Origin: Myxococcota bacterium
Lineage (GTDB): Bacteria; Myxococcota_A; Polyangia; Polyangiales; Houyiibacteriaceae
Assembly: GCA_039028875.1 (NCBI GenBank)
Contig: JBCCHE010000003.1
Span: forward strand, 128,130 to 192,129
Length of the DNA stretch: 64,000 nucleotides
Direction of reading: 5' to 3'
Notes under the pieces: model-generated
Told to the model about the DNA's origin: nothing
What the model saw: only the letters and a program-made list of their open reading frames with translations
Databases searched by the model: none
Translations under genes and position numbers: made by a program
Shown here: one piece after another, positions 1-14,482 of the stretch
How the letters are laid out: the number at the start of each line of letters is the position of its first letter
Numbering within the stretch: position 1 is the first letter of the stretch

Positions 1-432
<432 letters not shown>

Positions 433-447
433 GCGCTGGCAGAACGG

Positions 448-1086
448 ATGGACGGCGCGCTCCCTCGCCTGTGGTTGATCACCGACCCCCAACATACGGG
501 CGGGCCCATCGAGCCGCTTCGGCGCGCGCTCGCCGGAACCGAACGCCAGCGGGTTGGGGTTCAGCTTCGCGCGAAGAACGCGTCGGACCGCCAGGTCTTC
601 GACTGGGGCCGGGAGTTGCGCGTGCTCACGAGGGAACGGGGGGCGTCTTTGGTGGTCAACGGACGCGCGGATATCGCCGCTCGGATCGAAGCCGACGGGG
701 TCCACCTCGGCGAACGTGGCCTCTCGGTTGCGCAGACTCGGAAGCTCGTTTCGTCGTCGATGTGGATAGGGGTGTCGAGACACGATCAGGCGGGGCTGAC
801 CTCGGCCACCGACGCTGGGGCCGACTACGGGTTCCTCAGCCCGGTCTTCGAGGTCCCCGGCAAGAACCGCCCTCTTGGGATCGAGGGCTTCGGCAAGGTT
901 GCCCGGGTGATCGACATGCCGGTCTTCGGCCTCGGGGGTCTGAACGCGCGCAACCTTGGGCCGCTCCGGCTTGCGGGTGGTTTCGGGGCCGCCGTATGTC
1001 GCGCGGTGTACCGGGCCGAAGACCCATGCCAGGAAGTCGATCGGTGCCTGGTGGCGCTTGACAAGCTCCCTGCCGACGCGGGATAG
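448..1086 (+). CDS. thiE: Thiamine-phosphate synthase (ThiE family)
   Basis: ATG at 448. ThiE landmarks are present: LWLITDP, VQLRAK, LVVNGRADIAARIEADGVHLGE, GADYGFLSPVF..PGK and PVFGLGGL. Confidence 0.8.
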   Translation: MDGALPRLWLITDPQHTGGPIEPLRRALAGTERQRVGVQLRAKNASDRQVFDWGRELRVLTRERGASLVVNGRADIAARIEADGVHLGERGLSVAQTRKLVSSSMWIGVSRHDQAGLTSATDAGADYGFLSPVFEVPGKNRPLGIEGFGKVARVIDMPVFGLGGLNARNLGPLRLAGGFGAAVCRAVYRAEDPCQEVDRCLVALDKLPADAG

Positions 1087-1093
1087 CCGACCC

Positions 1094-1723
1094 GTGGGGA
1101 TCGTGAAGAGCGGACTCGGGTGCCTGTCGTGGATCGGCGCCGCAGTGATCGTGGTGCTGTTGATCTTGAAGGTCGCCCTCTTCGACGTGGCCGAGATGGG
1201 GCACAACGGGATGGCCCCGACGTTGCTGCGCGGGGAGCGCGTCGTCATCAATAAGAGGAAGGAACCCGACCTCAACCAGATCGCCGTCTGCCGTCACCCC
1301 TCGGAAGACGGCTGGGTCGTCGGCCGGGTCGTGGCGAAAGAGGGGCAGACGATCGGATCCTTCCGTGATGCCCTCGACATCGACGGCGCGAGGATCCCGT
1401 TCGATGAGCGGGGAGTGACCGACTTCTACAATGAAGACAACGACCTGAAACGCTCAGTGACCTTCGGAACGGAGGAGATATCGGGAAGCCGACATACGAT
1501 CTTTCTCAGCCGCAGCGACCCGCAGCATCTCGTCAAGAAGACGACGGTCAAACCGGGAAAGCTCTATCTCCTCGGGGACTATCGGGGCTACATGGGGCAA
1601 GACAGTCGCGCGTATGGGCCGGTGGATGCCTCGAGTTGTCGGGGAACGATCGCCTTTCGGCTCACGCCCATGAGTGGCCTTCCCCCCGAGATCGCACACG
1701 GTTACTTCGAGCTCGTGCAATAG
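1094..1723 (+). CDS. Signal peptidase I (S26) homologue with the catalytic Ser/Lys dyad replaced (predicted inactive)
   Basis: GTG at 1094 lies just after the thiE stop, and an N-terminal TM helix is present (LSWIGAAVIVVLLILKV). S26 boxes are recognisable (NGMAPTLL, VVGRVVAKEGQT, LYLLGDYRGYMGQDSRAYGPV). The SM(x)PTL serine is Gly and the (Y)xKR lysine is Gly. Confidence 0.7.
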   Translation: MGIVKSGLGCLSWIGAAVIVVLLILKVALFDVAEMGHNGMAPTLLRGERVVINKRKEPDLNQIAVCRHPSEDGWVVGRVVAKEGQTIGSFRDALDIDGARIPFDERGVTDFYNEDNDLKRSVTFGTEEISGSRHTIFLSRSDPQHLVKKTTVKPGKLYLLGDYRGYMGQDSRAYGPVDASSCRGTIAFRLTPMSGLPPEIAHGYFELVQ

Positions 1724-1793
1724 CCATCGTCCACGTTGCCTCGGGCGCGGGCTGTCCGTATGCTCCGCGCGCCGGGAGACCCAGAGCGCCCTG

Positions 1794-2492
1794 ATGAGAG
1801 TCGCCGTCGTACAATTTCCAGGTTCCAACGCCGATTGGGACGCCCTCCACACCGTCCGCGACGTCATGGGAGCCGAGGCTTGGTATGCCTTCCACAAGGA
1901 CACGTCTCTCGGAAGCCCCGACGCGATCGTCATCCCAGGAGGCTTCTCCTACGGAGACTACTTACGGGCGGGCGCCATCGCGGGGTTCAGCCCGATCGTC
2001 TCGGCGATCCGGGAGTTCGCGGCCGCTGGCGGCCCGATTCTCGGGATCTGCAACGGATTCCAAGTGCTCACCGAAATGGGGCTGCTGCCCGGCGCCCTCA
2101 CCCGAAACGCCCATCTTCGGTTCGAGTGCCGGGACATCTACGTCCGAGTCGAAAACGACGGACCTTTCACTCGGGTCTCGGAGGCGAAGGTGCTGCGCCT
2201 GCCCGTCGCCCACGCCGACGGACGATACCAGTGCAGCGAGGCCGTCCTCGCCGAGCTTGAAGCGAACGACCAGGTCGCTTTTCGGTACTGCACGCGTCGC
2301 GGCGATCGCGCGAACGGGACGTCCGCTAACCCCAACGGGGCGGTCGACGACATCGCCGGGGTCTACAACCGCGAAAAGAACGTGCTCGGAATGATGCCCC
2401 ACCCGGAACGCGCGAGCGAGGCCATCCTCGGCAACGAAGACGGGCTGCACCTGTTTGAGTCGCTCCGTCAACACCTGGAGCGCCAATCATGA
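1794..2492 (+). CDS. purQ: Phosphoribosylformylglycinamidine synthase I, glutaminase subunit PurQ
   Basis: ATG at 1794 gives [16 protein letters not shown]. Also present are [12 protein letters not shown], the nucleophile motif GICNGFQ and MMPHPER. The stop overlaps the purL start (ATGA at 2489-2492). Confidence 0.92.
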   Translation: MRVAVVQFPGSNADWDALHTVRDVMGAEAWYAFHKDTSLGSPDAIVIPGGFSYGDYLRAGAIAGFSPIVSAIREFAAAGGPILGICNGFQVLTEMGLLPGALTRNAHLRFECRDIYVRVENDGPFTRVSEAKVLRLPVAHADGRYQCSEAVLAELEANDQVAFRYCTRRGDRANGTSANPNGAVDDIAGVYNREKNVLGMMPHPERASEAILGNEDGLHLFESLRQHLERQS

Positions 2493-4780
2493 AGACCCCA
2501 GAGAACTTCCCAGGGGAGCCCGATGCTTCCCCGGAGCTCGCCCGCGAGTTTGGATTGGCGGATCGTGAATGGGCCCACGTGCTCGACACCTTGAAGCGAC
2601 AACCAAGTTACGCCGAGCTCGGAGTGATCAGCGTCATGTGGTCCGAGCACTGCTCGTACAAGTCGTCGCGCATTCATCTGTCGAGGCTTCCGACCGAAGG
2701 ACCTCAAGTGGTTCAGGGGCCGGGCGAGAACGCCGGCGCGGTCGACATTGGCGATGGCTTCTGTGCTGTGTTCAAAATGGAATCGCACAACCATCCGTCC
2801 TACATCGAGCCCTACCAAGGGGCCGCGACGGGTGTTGGTGGAATCCTGCGCGACGTGTTTACCATGGGCGCTCGCCCCGTCGCTTCGCTCAACTCGCTCC
2901 GTTTCGGGCGGCCCGACCATCCCAAGACACCACACCTTTTGAAAGGTGTGGTCGCAGGCATCGGTGGCTATGGAAACTGCATCGGCGTACCCACCGTGGG
3001 AGGCGAGGTGCAGTTCGACGCCAGCTACGACGGCAACATCTTGGTCAACGCATTCACGGTAGGTGTGGCCAAGACCGAGTCCTTGTTCTTTGGCCGCGCC
3101 GAAGGGCTTGGAAACCCGATTCTCTACGTGGGCGCGAAGACCGGACGCGACGGCATCCACGGCGCCACGATGGCAAGCGCCGAGTTCGGTGAAGAAACCG
3201 ACAGCAAGCTTCCAACGGTACAGGTCGGCGATCCTTTCATGGAGAAACTTCTGCTCGAAGCCTGCCTCGAGATCTTCGCCACAGACTGCCTCTCCGGTGT
3301 TCAGGACATGGGCGCGGCCGGCCTCACTTCCTCCTCGGTCGAGATGGCGGCGCGGGCTGGCAACGGCGTCGAACTCGACCTGGACGCGATCCCGCGACGT
3401 ACCCGGGCACTCAGCCCCTACGAGATGCTGCTGAGCGAGTCCCAAGAACGGATGCTGATGGTCGCGAAGGAAGGTCGCGAACAGGAGGTCTTCGACATCT
3501 GTGCGAAGTGGGACCTCGACGCATCGATCGTCGGACGCGTAACCGACAGCGGTCGTTTCGTCTGCAAAGCAACCCCCGACTACGACCCATTCGACGACGA
3601 TCCCGGGCGGCCCGATCCCGTCGTCGTCGTCGACCTGCCCGTCGACCTACTGACCGACGAGGCACCAAAGTACGATCGCCCCCAAAAGACGCTCGCCGCG
3701 CCGTCCGAACCCGGCGTCTCAGCGGCAGACGACGCACCGGCCGACTTGCGCGCGGAGGTCGTCCGAATGATCGGCTCCCCAAACATCGGAAGCCGCTCAT
3801 GGATCTGGCGGCAATACGACCACATCGTGCAAGACGGAACCGTCATTCGGCCGGGCGCCGGAGACGCCGCCGTGATTCGCGTGTTTTGCCAGGACGAGGA
3901 CGGGACGCGTGAGAAGTTCCTGGCGATATCCGCCGACTGCAACGGACGCCACGTCGAGCTCGACCCCTACGTCGGAGCGGCGATGGCCGTTGCGGAGTGC
4001 GCGCGAAACGTGGCTTGCGTCGGCGCCAAGCCCCTAGGGCTCACCGACTGCCTGAACTTCGGAAACCCGGAGGTCCCCGAGCAGATGTGGCGCTTCTCGC
4101 GGGCGATCGACGGACTCGCCGCGGCGTGCGACGCGCTTGATACCCCCGTGGTCTCCGGCAACGTGAGCTTCTACAACGAGACCGACGGCAAATCGATCCT
4201 CCCCACGCCTACGGTCGCAGTCGTAGGGCAGTTGGATTCGCCCGACGATCGGTTAGGCCTCGGTTTCCGCAACCCCGGCGACGTCGTGGCACATCTTGGC
4301 GTGCCTTCGAGAGGCGCCCTCGGTGGGTCGGAATGGTTGATGCAAACCCAAGGCTCGGTGGCTGGGGCTGCACCGGGCATCGACCTCGATGGCGAGGCCG
4401 CCCTCCAACGGGCCGTGCTCGAACTTGCCCGGAAACGGCTGCTCTCGAGCGCGCACGACATCAGCGATGGGGGCATCGCCGCCTGTCTCGCGGAGTCATG
4501 CATCGCGCATGGGCACGGTGCCGTCCTCTCGCTGCCGGCCGCCCAGGACGCGCCGGCGCACGCACTCCTATTCAGCGAGGAGCCCTCCCGCATCGTCGTG
4601 AGCCTGCCAGCTCCCAATGTCGACGAAGTGCTCTCGATCTGCGAACGCCTCGGTGTGCCTTTCGAAAGGCTTGGCACCGTCGAGGGACACGATCTCGAGA
4701 TCACCGGCATTTGCACGATCCCCGTGGACGAGCTGGCAGACGCCCACTCGGCAGCCCTCGATCCAATCGTCGGGGCCTGA
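2489..4780 (+). CDS. purL: Phosphoribosylformylglycinamidine synthase II PurL
   Basis: 763 aa. Motifs are [31 protein letters not shown] and the duplicated AIR-synthase-like domains typical of small-type PurL. It is translationally coupled to purQ. Confidence 0.95.
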   Translation: MKTPENFPGEPDASPELAREFGLADREWAHVLDTLKRQPSYAELGVISVMWSEHCSYKSSRIHLSRLPTEGPQVVQGPGENAGAVDIGDGFCAVFKMESHNHPSYIEPYQGAATGVGGILRDVFTMGARPVASLNSLRFGRPDHPKTPHLLKGVVAGIGGYGNCIGVPTVGGEVQFDASYDGNILVNAFTVGVAKTESLFFGRAEGLGNPILYVGAKTGRDGIHGATMASAEFGEETDSKLPTVQVGDPFMEKLLLEACLEIFATDCLSGVQDMGAAGLTSSSVEMAARAGNGVELDLDAIPRRTRALSPYEMLLSESQERMLMVAKEGREQEVFDICAKWDLDASIVGRVTDSGRFVCKATPDYDPFDDDPGRPDPVVVVDLPVDLLTDEAPKYDRPQKTLAAPSEPGVSAADDAPADLRAEVVRMIGSPNIGSRSWIWRQYDHIVQDGTVIRPGAGDAAVIRVFCQDEDGTREKFLAISADCNGRHVELDPYVGAAMAVAECARNVACVGAKPLGLTDCLNFGNPEVPEQMWRFSRAIDGLAAACDALDTPVVSGNVSFYNETDGKSILPTPTVAVVGQLDSPDDRLGLGFRNPGDVVAHLGVPSRGALGGSEWLMQTQGSVAGAAPGIDLDGEAALQRAVLELARKRLLSSAHDISDGGIAACLAESCIAHGHGAVLSLPAAQDAPAHALLFSEEPSRIVVSLPAPNVDEVLSICERLGVPFERLGTVEGHDLEITGICTIPVDELADAHSAALDPIVGA

Positions 4781-4781
4781 C

Positions 4782-6128
4782 CTAGTTCTGTCGTTGGCGA
4801 CGCACCGTCCACACATAGGCGGCGAGCCCAGCCGCGCCGACCATCAGAAGCCAGGAGAGCAAGCCGGTGCACTCCTTGAATGCGTTGTAGAGCATCCAAA
4901 CGGAGGATGCCGCGTACAGCAGCGCCGCGACGAGCGCCGTTAGACGCGGGCGGGGGAGATCGGGCCGCCGCCGGGGAGCGACAAAGAGCCCGAGCGCCAC
5001 CAGCGAGGAGAACACGATCAACACCCCCGCAACGTTCGTGAGTAGCTCACCAACCGAGTGCAGGTGCAACAGAACCAACGAGATCAGGCCCTGGACCACG
5101 ACCGACGCGCGGGGCGGCGACCCTTGCCTCCCACGGAGCACCGACGGCAGAAAGCCATCGGCAGCCATCACCGCATAGACTCGCGGCCCCACCAACAACA
5201 TCGCGCTGACGCTCGACAACATGGCAAGCGCCACGACTGCCGACATCCACCGCGATCCCCACGCACCAAGTAGTTGCTCGGCCACGAGGTGCCCGAGGGT
5301 GACCCGCGTCTGCTCGTACTCGAAGACGGCGGCCGCCTGCACGGGCGTGAGGTTGGCGACGAAGACCCAGTTGATCATCACGTAGAGCACACCCACGACG
5401 GCGCACCCGATCATCATCGCGAGCGGCACGTCGCGCCGCGGCCTTCGAAACTCGTCGGCGGCATAGGCGGCGGCGTTCCAGCCTGTGAAGGCGTAGGCCA
5501 CGTAGAACAAGCTCGTAGCGAAAGGAAGTGCCTCGAACCGGCCCGTACTCCCGGGGGCGGACCAAGTCGGCCACGCGTGACGCCCAAGCACCCACCCGAC
5601 GACGATGAAGCCGGCGATCGCCAACACGCTCATCGATACCAGGGCGTTCTGAGCCCATTTCGACACCCCAAGGCGAGCCGCGTGCACGACGACCAGCACG
5701 AGGAGTACGATGGTGGCGACCAGCCGAACGTCCACGTCGTCTACCCCGAGCGTCGCGAGGATGAACGCGGCGGCGCCGTATGCGCTGATGGCCGCGGGTG
5801 CGGCGAAACCCATGAGAAGCGACGCCCAGCCGGCGAGATAGCCAGCGACCGGGTGGAGGAGCGCGCTCAGGTACCGATACTCTCCCCCAGAGCGCGGGAT
5901 GAGAACGCTCGCTTCGGCGTAAGTCCTGGCGCCGGCCAACGCGAGCACGGCGCCAACCAACCAGGCGGTCATGATCCACCTCGGATTCAGCTCCTGCGCC
6001 ATGAACCCGGCACTGAGGAAGACGCCTGCACCGATCATCGTCGCCATGACCAGCCCAACCCCTGACGGGACTCCGAGAAAGGCGGCTGGACTGTGCGCCG
6101 GTCGCTCGGATTGGGGCGAATGGTCCAT
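4782..6128 (-). CDS. Amino acid/polyamine (APC superfamily) permease
   Basis: 448 aa and about 12 hydrophobic helices. The N-terminal signature GVGLVMATMIGAGVFLSAGF is typical of APC transporters. Its stop lies 1 nt from the purL stop (convergent). Confidence 0.8.
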   Translation of the reverse strand: MDHSPQSERPAHSPAAFLGVPSGVGLVMATMIGAGVFLSAGFMAQELNPRWIMTAWLVGAVLALAGARTYAEASVLIPRSGGEYRYLSALLHPVAGYLAGWASLLMGFAAPAAISAYGAAAFILATLGVDDVDVRLVATIVLLVLVVVHAARLGVSKWAQNALVSMSVLAIAGFIVVGWVLGRHAWPTWSAPGSTGRFEALPFATSLFYVAYAFTGWNAAAYAADEFRRPRRDVPLAMMIGCAVVGVLYVMINWVFVANLTPVQAAAVFEYEQTRVTLGHLVAEQLLGAWGSRWMSAVVALAMLSSVSAMLLVGPRVYAVMAADGFLPSVLRGRQGSPPRASVVVQGLISLVLLHLHSVGELLTNVAGVLIVFSSLVALGLFVAPRRRPDLPRPRLTALVAALLYAASSVWMLYNAFKECTGLLSWLLMVGAAGLAAYVWTVRRQRQN

Positions 6129-6214
6129 GGCGGCTACGGGGTAGACCCTACCCTGGTTCGCTGGTGTCGGGACGACTTTGTGGGGCAGCTCGGCCGAGCA
6201 GCCCGAGGGAATCG

Positions 6215-9814
<3,600 letters not shown>

Positions 9815-9967
9815 GCTGCCCCCCAAAGGAGTAGTTGCACGTGGCTATCACTGAACATACGACATTGCAACGTTTTGCGCGACGAGAAGTGCGGGTCAGT
9901 CCGTGACCCCCACAACATGTTGGGGTACGTGTCGCAAGGTGCGCGCGCGATGGCGTCTAGGGCGCGC

Positions 9968-10702
9968 TCACCGTGACTCGCGGTCCGCGGTTTTGGCGGC
10001 CACCACGGCCACCTCGGAGGGCTTCGTGCTGCGGGGGCGCGAAGCCGCACGTCGGCGGTCACGAAGGAACTCGAGAAACGCTTCAGCGGTCTCAAGGTCG
10101 TGATGCGTGAGTGCGTCGACCAACGCATGCGCGTTGGCTCGGCGGCCGTCCGGCTCGGATGGCCGAGACTCTCGCGACGGGCCTCGCTCGTTGGCCGGCA
10201 CGGGATCGGGTTTGACCTCGTCTGCCGTCGGTACGTGCCACGTCGGTCGCTCGACCGAGTGGATCCCGTGCGCGGTCAGCCATGACTCCATGCACGCCCG
10301 CAACCTATCGGAACGAAAGGCAAACCAGCGCTCGCGGTCGACCGGGTGGCTCACGAGCGCGTCTTTGAAGCGGCGGAACGCGCCCTTGCCATCGATCGCG
10401 ATGTTCAGCCTCCGCCGCAGCTCATCATCTTCGACCGTCGCGATGAAGCGCTCCATCCAACGATACTGTTCGCGTGACGAGACGGGGTCGATCCGCAGGT
10501 AGCGACTGTCACTCAGGATACGCGTGTGCATCGCAGGGTCGGCGACTCCATCGACGATGCGTATCACCTCGCCCGTATCGAAATGCAGGTAGCTGTGCAC
10601 CTCCGGTGCATTGTTCTCAAACGCGTCTTCGAGTGCCTCCCAAGCTACCGGTACTTCTAGTTCTTTCTTGTTTTGCCCGACATCCGATTCATTCTCATTC
10701 AT
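9968..10702 (-). CDS. UPF0158-family protein
   Basis: ATG at 10702 has AGGA 6 nt upstream and lies 8 nt after the glpK stop. The core YLRIDPVSSREQYRWMERFI...IDGKGAFRRFKDAL...RERWFAF matches the UPF0158 pattern. Confidence 0.6.
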   Translation of the reverse strand: MNENESDVGQNKKELEVPVAWEALEDAFENNAPEVHSYLHFDTGEVIRIVDGVADPAMHTRILSDSRYLRIDPVSSREQYRWMERFIATVEDDELRRRLNIAIDGKGAFRRFKDALVSHPVDRERWFAFRSDRLRACMESWLTAHGIHSVERPTWHVPTADEVKPDPVPANERGPSRESRPSEPDGRRANAHALVDALTHHDLETAEAFLEFLRDRRRAASRPRSTKPSEVAVVAAKTADRESR

Positions 10703-10710
10703 GTTATCCT

Positions 10711-12198
10711 CTAATCGCTCCGCGCTCGCCGTACCGCGTGACGCCATCGCCGAAGGTGGCCTTCCCTTTCCTCAGAAGACATCGTCGGCTCGAAGCTACG
10801 TTCGATACGGTAAGCATCAACGACAGACTGAAGGCCGTCGAACACTCCGACAGCCATTCCGGCCAAATAAGCAGCGCCAAGTGCAGTGGTTTCGACAGAC
10901 GCGGGACGATCGATCGTCACCCCGAGTGTGTCGCTCTGAAATTGCATGAGTAAGTCATTTCGGGCCGCTCCTCCGTCGACCCTCAACCGAGTTATAGGGC
11001 GTTTCGCATCCGCATGCATTGCGTCGACGAGATCGACGATCTGGAACGCCATCCCCTCGAGCGTCGCCCGTGCGATATGCGCCGCGCTGGAGTCGCGGGT
11101 CAGGCCGTAGATCAGCCCCCGGGCCCTGGGGTCCCAGTGGGGCGCCCCAAGCCCCGCAAGCGCCGGCACGAAGACCACATCGCCCGCCGAATCGACCTGT
11201 TTTGCAAGGTTTTCGATCTCCGAGGACTCCGAAATGAGCCCGAGGCCGTCGCGAAGCCATTGGACCGCAGCCCCCGCAATGAAAGCGCTCCCCTCGAGGG
11301 CGTACACCGTCTCGTCACCGAGTCGCCATGCGATCGTCGTGAGAAGGCCATGGTCCGACTGGGCGGGCTCGGTGCCGATGTTCATGAGGAGGAACGCGCC
11401 CGTCCCGTACGTGCACTTGGCGTCGCCCACCTCGAAGCACGTCTGTCCAAACAGCGCGGCGTGCTGATCTCCGGCCATCCCTGCAATGGGGATCCCATCG
11501 GGGAGACCCGGAACGCCCGACGTTCGCGCGTAGACCTCGGACGACGTCCGAACCTCGGGAAGGACCGCCATCGGTACGCGGAGCGTGGATGCAAGGTCTT
11601 CATCCCAGCGTTGTCGTCCGATGTCGTAGAGGAGCGTCCGCGACGCATTGGTGGCGTCGGTCACATGCACCGCGCCGCCCGATAGACGAAACACCAGCCA
11701 TGAATCAATCGTCCCGAAGGCAAGCCTCCCAGCTTTCGCACGGCTCATCAGTGACGCGTCTTGCTGAAGCAACCACTCGAGTTTCGTCCCAGAGAAGTAT
11801 GGATCGAGCACCAGGCCCGTCCGCTCGCGAAAGAGCGCCTCGTGGCCCGCTGCCTTGAGCTCGCTGCAGCGGTCTGCGGTACGCCGGTCCTGCCATACGA
11901 TCGCCCGATGGGCTGCTTCCCCGGAGTCGCGATCCCACAACACGGTCGTCTCACGCTGATTGGTGATCCCGATGCCCAGGCAGTCGTTGGCGCGGACGCC
12001 GGCCTTCTCGATCGCAGTACCGACAGCATCGCAAACACTCTTCCAGACTTCGTCGAGGTCGTGCTCCACCCAGCCGGGTTTCGGAAAGTGCTGGGTGAAC
12101 TCAACCCCGGCCTTGGCCTTGATGGCACCACTCGGGGACAATACGAGCGCGGTGGAACCGGTGGTTCCTTGATCGATCGCCAAGATAAAGCCAGACAT
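10711..12198 (-). CDS. glpK: Glycerol kinase
   Basis: 495 aa. Motifs are ILAIDQGTTGS, GITNQRETTVLWD, FGTIDSWL, the GDQHAALFGQ-type motif and TTALGAAYLAG, which are FGGY-kinase/GlpK hallmarks. Confidence 0.95.
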   Translation of the reverse strand: MSGFILAIDQGTTGSTALVLSPSGAIKAKAGVEFTQHFPKPGWVEHDLDEVWKSVCDAVGTAIEKAGVRANDCLGIGITNQRETTVLWDRDSGEAAHRAIVWQDRRTADRCSELKAAGHEALFRERTGLVLDPYFSGTKLEWLLQQDASLMSRAKAGRLAFGTIDSWLVFRLSGGAVHVTDATNASRTLLYDIGRQRWDEDLASTLRVPMAVLPEVRTSSEVYARTSGVPGLPDGIPIAGMAGDQHAALFGQTCFEVGDAKCTYGTGAFLLMNIGTEPAQSDHGLLTTIAWRLGDETVYALEGSAFIAGAAVQWLRDGLGLISESSEIENLAKQVDSAGDVVFVPALAGLGAPHWDPRARGLIYGLTRDSSAAHIARATLEGMAFQIVDLVDAMHADAKRPITRLRVDGGAARNDLLMQFQSDTLGVTIDRPASVETTALGAAYLAGMAVGVFDGLQSVVDAYRIERSFEPTMSSEEREGHLRRWRHAVRRARSD

Positions 12199-12282
12199 CG
12201 AACGGGTACCGTACGCAGCCGTCGGGCTAAAGTAAAGCCCAGATCAGCCGGCTTTTTCGGGGTGCTACGAGCGAGGCGGGGG

Positions 12283-13404
12283 TCAGTCTTCGGAGGGCGG
12301 CTGCAGGTGGTCTTCGAGCCGCGCCCAAGCATCTCCGATGCGCGACCGCAGAAGCGCGCCCGTCTCGTCGAGGATCGGATCGTCCCCACCCGCCTTGACG
12401 GCGCGGTCGAGGCACACCATCGCTGCGATGTTCTGATCTCGCGCCGCCAACGAATGTGCGAGGAGCGGCAACGCCTCGGACTCGTCGACCCCAAGCGTAA
12501 GCGCACGCCGCAGGAGACCGATCGCCTCTCCGTGTTTGGCCGAGGTCGCCGATGCACGACCGAGCGCAAGATACATCCCCGCCGCCTTGTTCGAGTCGCC
12601 CGCCCATTGAATGCCGAGTCGCAGCACCTCGTTTGCCGCCTCGAAGTCACCAAGCCCGGCGTATGCGGAACCGAGCAGATCGAGACTGTGGGAAAGTTGC
12701 TGATGCACGTCCGTTGCGAGGTCGGCAGCCTCGCCCGTACGAAGGAGCATCGAGATCGGTGTGAGCCAGGGGTTCAGCATCGCCACCGTGGCCGCGAAGT
12801 CGCCTTGCTGGTTCGCGGCGTGTGCCTCGTCCACCACCGCAAGGTCGATCGCGAAATCGCCGCTCGGTCGCCGCATCCCGAGCTCGGAACGAACACGCTC
12901 GTCGATCACGTCCCGAAAATCCTCAAGGGAGAGGACATGGCGCAACTCGTTGAACTCGAGTGCGATCTCTGCGAGGCCGCTGTCGACCCGAAGTTCGAGG
13001 GGGGAGACTCCGAAAAGCGCTGCCTCAAGGAGGTAGCGGCCCCCGATGTATGCTTGGAGCGCCTCGACATCCGGGTTCGCGGGCAGGGGTTGCGTCTGGA
13101 GCGGAGCCAGCAAGGTACCCCCCACAACCTGCCGAAACTCGTCGAGCGGTCCTTCTCGCGAAGCCGCGCCGGGCCCCATCGCGAACTCGACCATCACTAG
13201 GTCGCTGGCGGCCGAGTCTCGCGAAAGACTGACGATGCGAACTCCAGCAACGAGCGCGAGGCCGAGTGTGGCCCGACCGATCAGCTCTGCGGCCGCTTCG
13301 AAGTCCTTCGATTGCTTGATGACCTCGTCGTACCAGCCGTCCGGCCGGGCGACCGCCAAGTCGAAGACCTGCACGCTCGCGCCCGCCATTTCAAGCCTCG
13401 CCAT
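12283..13404 (-). CDS. Hypothetical protein with C-terminal TPR-like repeats
   Basis: 373-aa ORF in operon-like position, overlapping the upstream epimerase stop by 14 nt (or 1-nt gap if ATG 13389 is used). The C-terminal helical repeats are LGSAYAGLGDFEAANEVLRLGI and YLALGRASATSAKHGEAIGLLRRAL. I recognise no enzyme motif. Confidence 0.55.
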   Translation of the reverse strand: MARLEMAGASVQVFDLAVARPDGWYDEVIKQSKDFEAAAELIGRATLGLALVAGVRIVSLSRDSAASDLVMVEFAMGPGAASREGPLDEFRQVVGGTLLAPLQTQPLPANPDVEALQAYIGGRYLLEAALFGVSPLELRVDSGLAEIALEFNELRHVLSLEDFRDVIDERVRSELGMRRPSGDFAIDLAVVDEAHAANQQGDFAATVAMLNPWLTPISMLLRTGEAADLATDVHQQLSHSLDLLGSAYAGLGDFEAANEVLRLGIQWAGDSNKAAGMYLALGRASATSAKHGEAIGLLRRALTLGVDESEALPLLAHSLAARDQNIAAMVCLDRAVKAGGDDPILDETGALLRSRIGDAWARLEDHLQPPSED

Positions 13405-14356
13405 TGAGCTTTCGCCGGTACCAATCGATCGTACGCAGCAGCCCCTGCTCGAGATCGACTTGCGCGCGAAAGCCGAGAAGGCGTTCCGCCTTCTTGACGT
13501 CCGGAATGCGCAACTCGACGTCGGGGAAATCCCAGTCGACGAACTCCAACTCCGACTTGCTCTGGGAGAGCCGCAGGATCAGTTGCGCCAGCTGGTAGAT
13601 GGTGACGGTGCTGCGGGGATTTCCGATATTGAAGCTCTCGCCGACCGCTGCGTCTCGTTCGAGCGACAACATGATCGCATCGACGATGTCGTCGATGTAG
13701 CACCATGACCGGATCTGATCGCCCTCGTTGTGAATCGTGATCTTGTCGCCCTGCAGGGCTCGAACCACGAACGCGTGCACCGCGCCCTCACCGACCTGGC
13801 CGGGACCATAGATATTGAACGGGCGGATCGAGACCGTCGGCAACGAGAACTGCTTGAAGTAGTTGTGGGCAAGATGCTCGGTAGCGAGCTTGCTCACGGC
13901 GTAGGTCCACCGCGCTTCCCCAACGGCGCCGAGACTGGTGACGTCGGCCTCGCGCACACGGAACGCATAGGAGCCGAACACCTCACTGGTCGAGAAGTCG
14001 ATCACACGTTTGACTCCTGTGCAGTCGTGGGCGGCACGCAGCACGTTCATCGTCCCTTCGAGAGAGATCTCCATCGTGGTGACCGGATTCTTGAGGACGG
14101 TGTCGACCCCAGCGATGGACGCCATGTGGACGACGTAGTCGCATCCAGTGACCGCTCGACGAACGGCGGTCATGTCGCGAACATCGCCCACGACGAGTTC
14201 GACGTTCGGGTGGTGATCGAGCCCTGCTTCGGACAGCGCGTTCCGACGCAAAATGTCCAGGACGCGAATCTGATTGTGCTCCGCGAGACGTGCCGCCAAC
14301 CCGGTCCCGATGAACCCGGCCCCCCCGGTTATCAGCACGTGTGCCCCTTGCAACAT
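13391..14356 (-). CDS. NAD-dependent epimerase/dehydratase (extended SDR)
   Basis: N-terminal Rossmann motif VLITGGAGFIGTGL. Also the catalytic YAVSK (YxxxK), STSEVFG, and 321 aa typical of sugar-nucleotide epimerases/decarboxylases. Confidence 0.85.
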   Translation of the reverse strand: MLQGAHVLITGGAGFIGTGLAARLAEHNQIRVLDILRRNALSEAGLDHHPNVELVVGDVRDMTAVRRAVTGCDYVVHMASIAGVDTVLKNPVTTMEISLEGTMNVLRAAHDCTGVKRVIDFSTSEVFGSYAFRVREADVTSLGAVGEARWTYAVSKLATEHLAHNYFKQFSLPTVSIRPFNIYGPGQVGEGAVHAFVVRALQGDKITIHNEGDQIRSWCYIDDIVDAIMLSLERDAAVGESFNIGNPRSTVTIYQLAQLILRLSQSKSELEFVDWDFPDVELRIPDVKKAERLLGFRAQVDLEQGLLRTIDWYRRKLNGEA

Positions 14357-14482
14357 ATTTCCCCTTTTGCCCCTCAGCTATCATAAACGGCCGCGAGCCG
14401 TCGAGAAAGCCCGGTTCCCTTTACACAGCCACGCCTCCGTGAGATCTTGGTATTTGAAGGGGGAGCGCCGCGGGGAAACGGC

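Noticed and set aside
956-1093. Upstream extension of the signal-peptidase-like ORF, and similarly 22663-23019 for the acyl-CoA dehydrogenase and 29156-29743 for the SDR
   Set aside because: The extensions overlap neighbouring well-supported genes in another frame or strand. Better starts with Shine-Dalgarno-like sequences exist downstream.
6183-6204. GC-rich hairpins after the smc stop (GGGCAGCTC-GGCC-GAGCAGCCC) and after the isocitrate dehydrogenase stop (GTGAGCCGGCTCAC, 49983-49996)
   Set aside because: Neither is followed by a U-tract on the transcribed strand and the stems are short. I did not call them intrinsic terminators.
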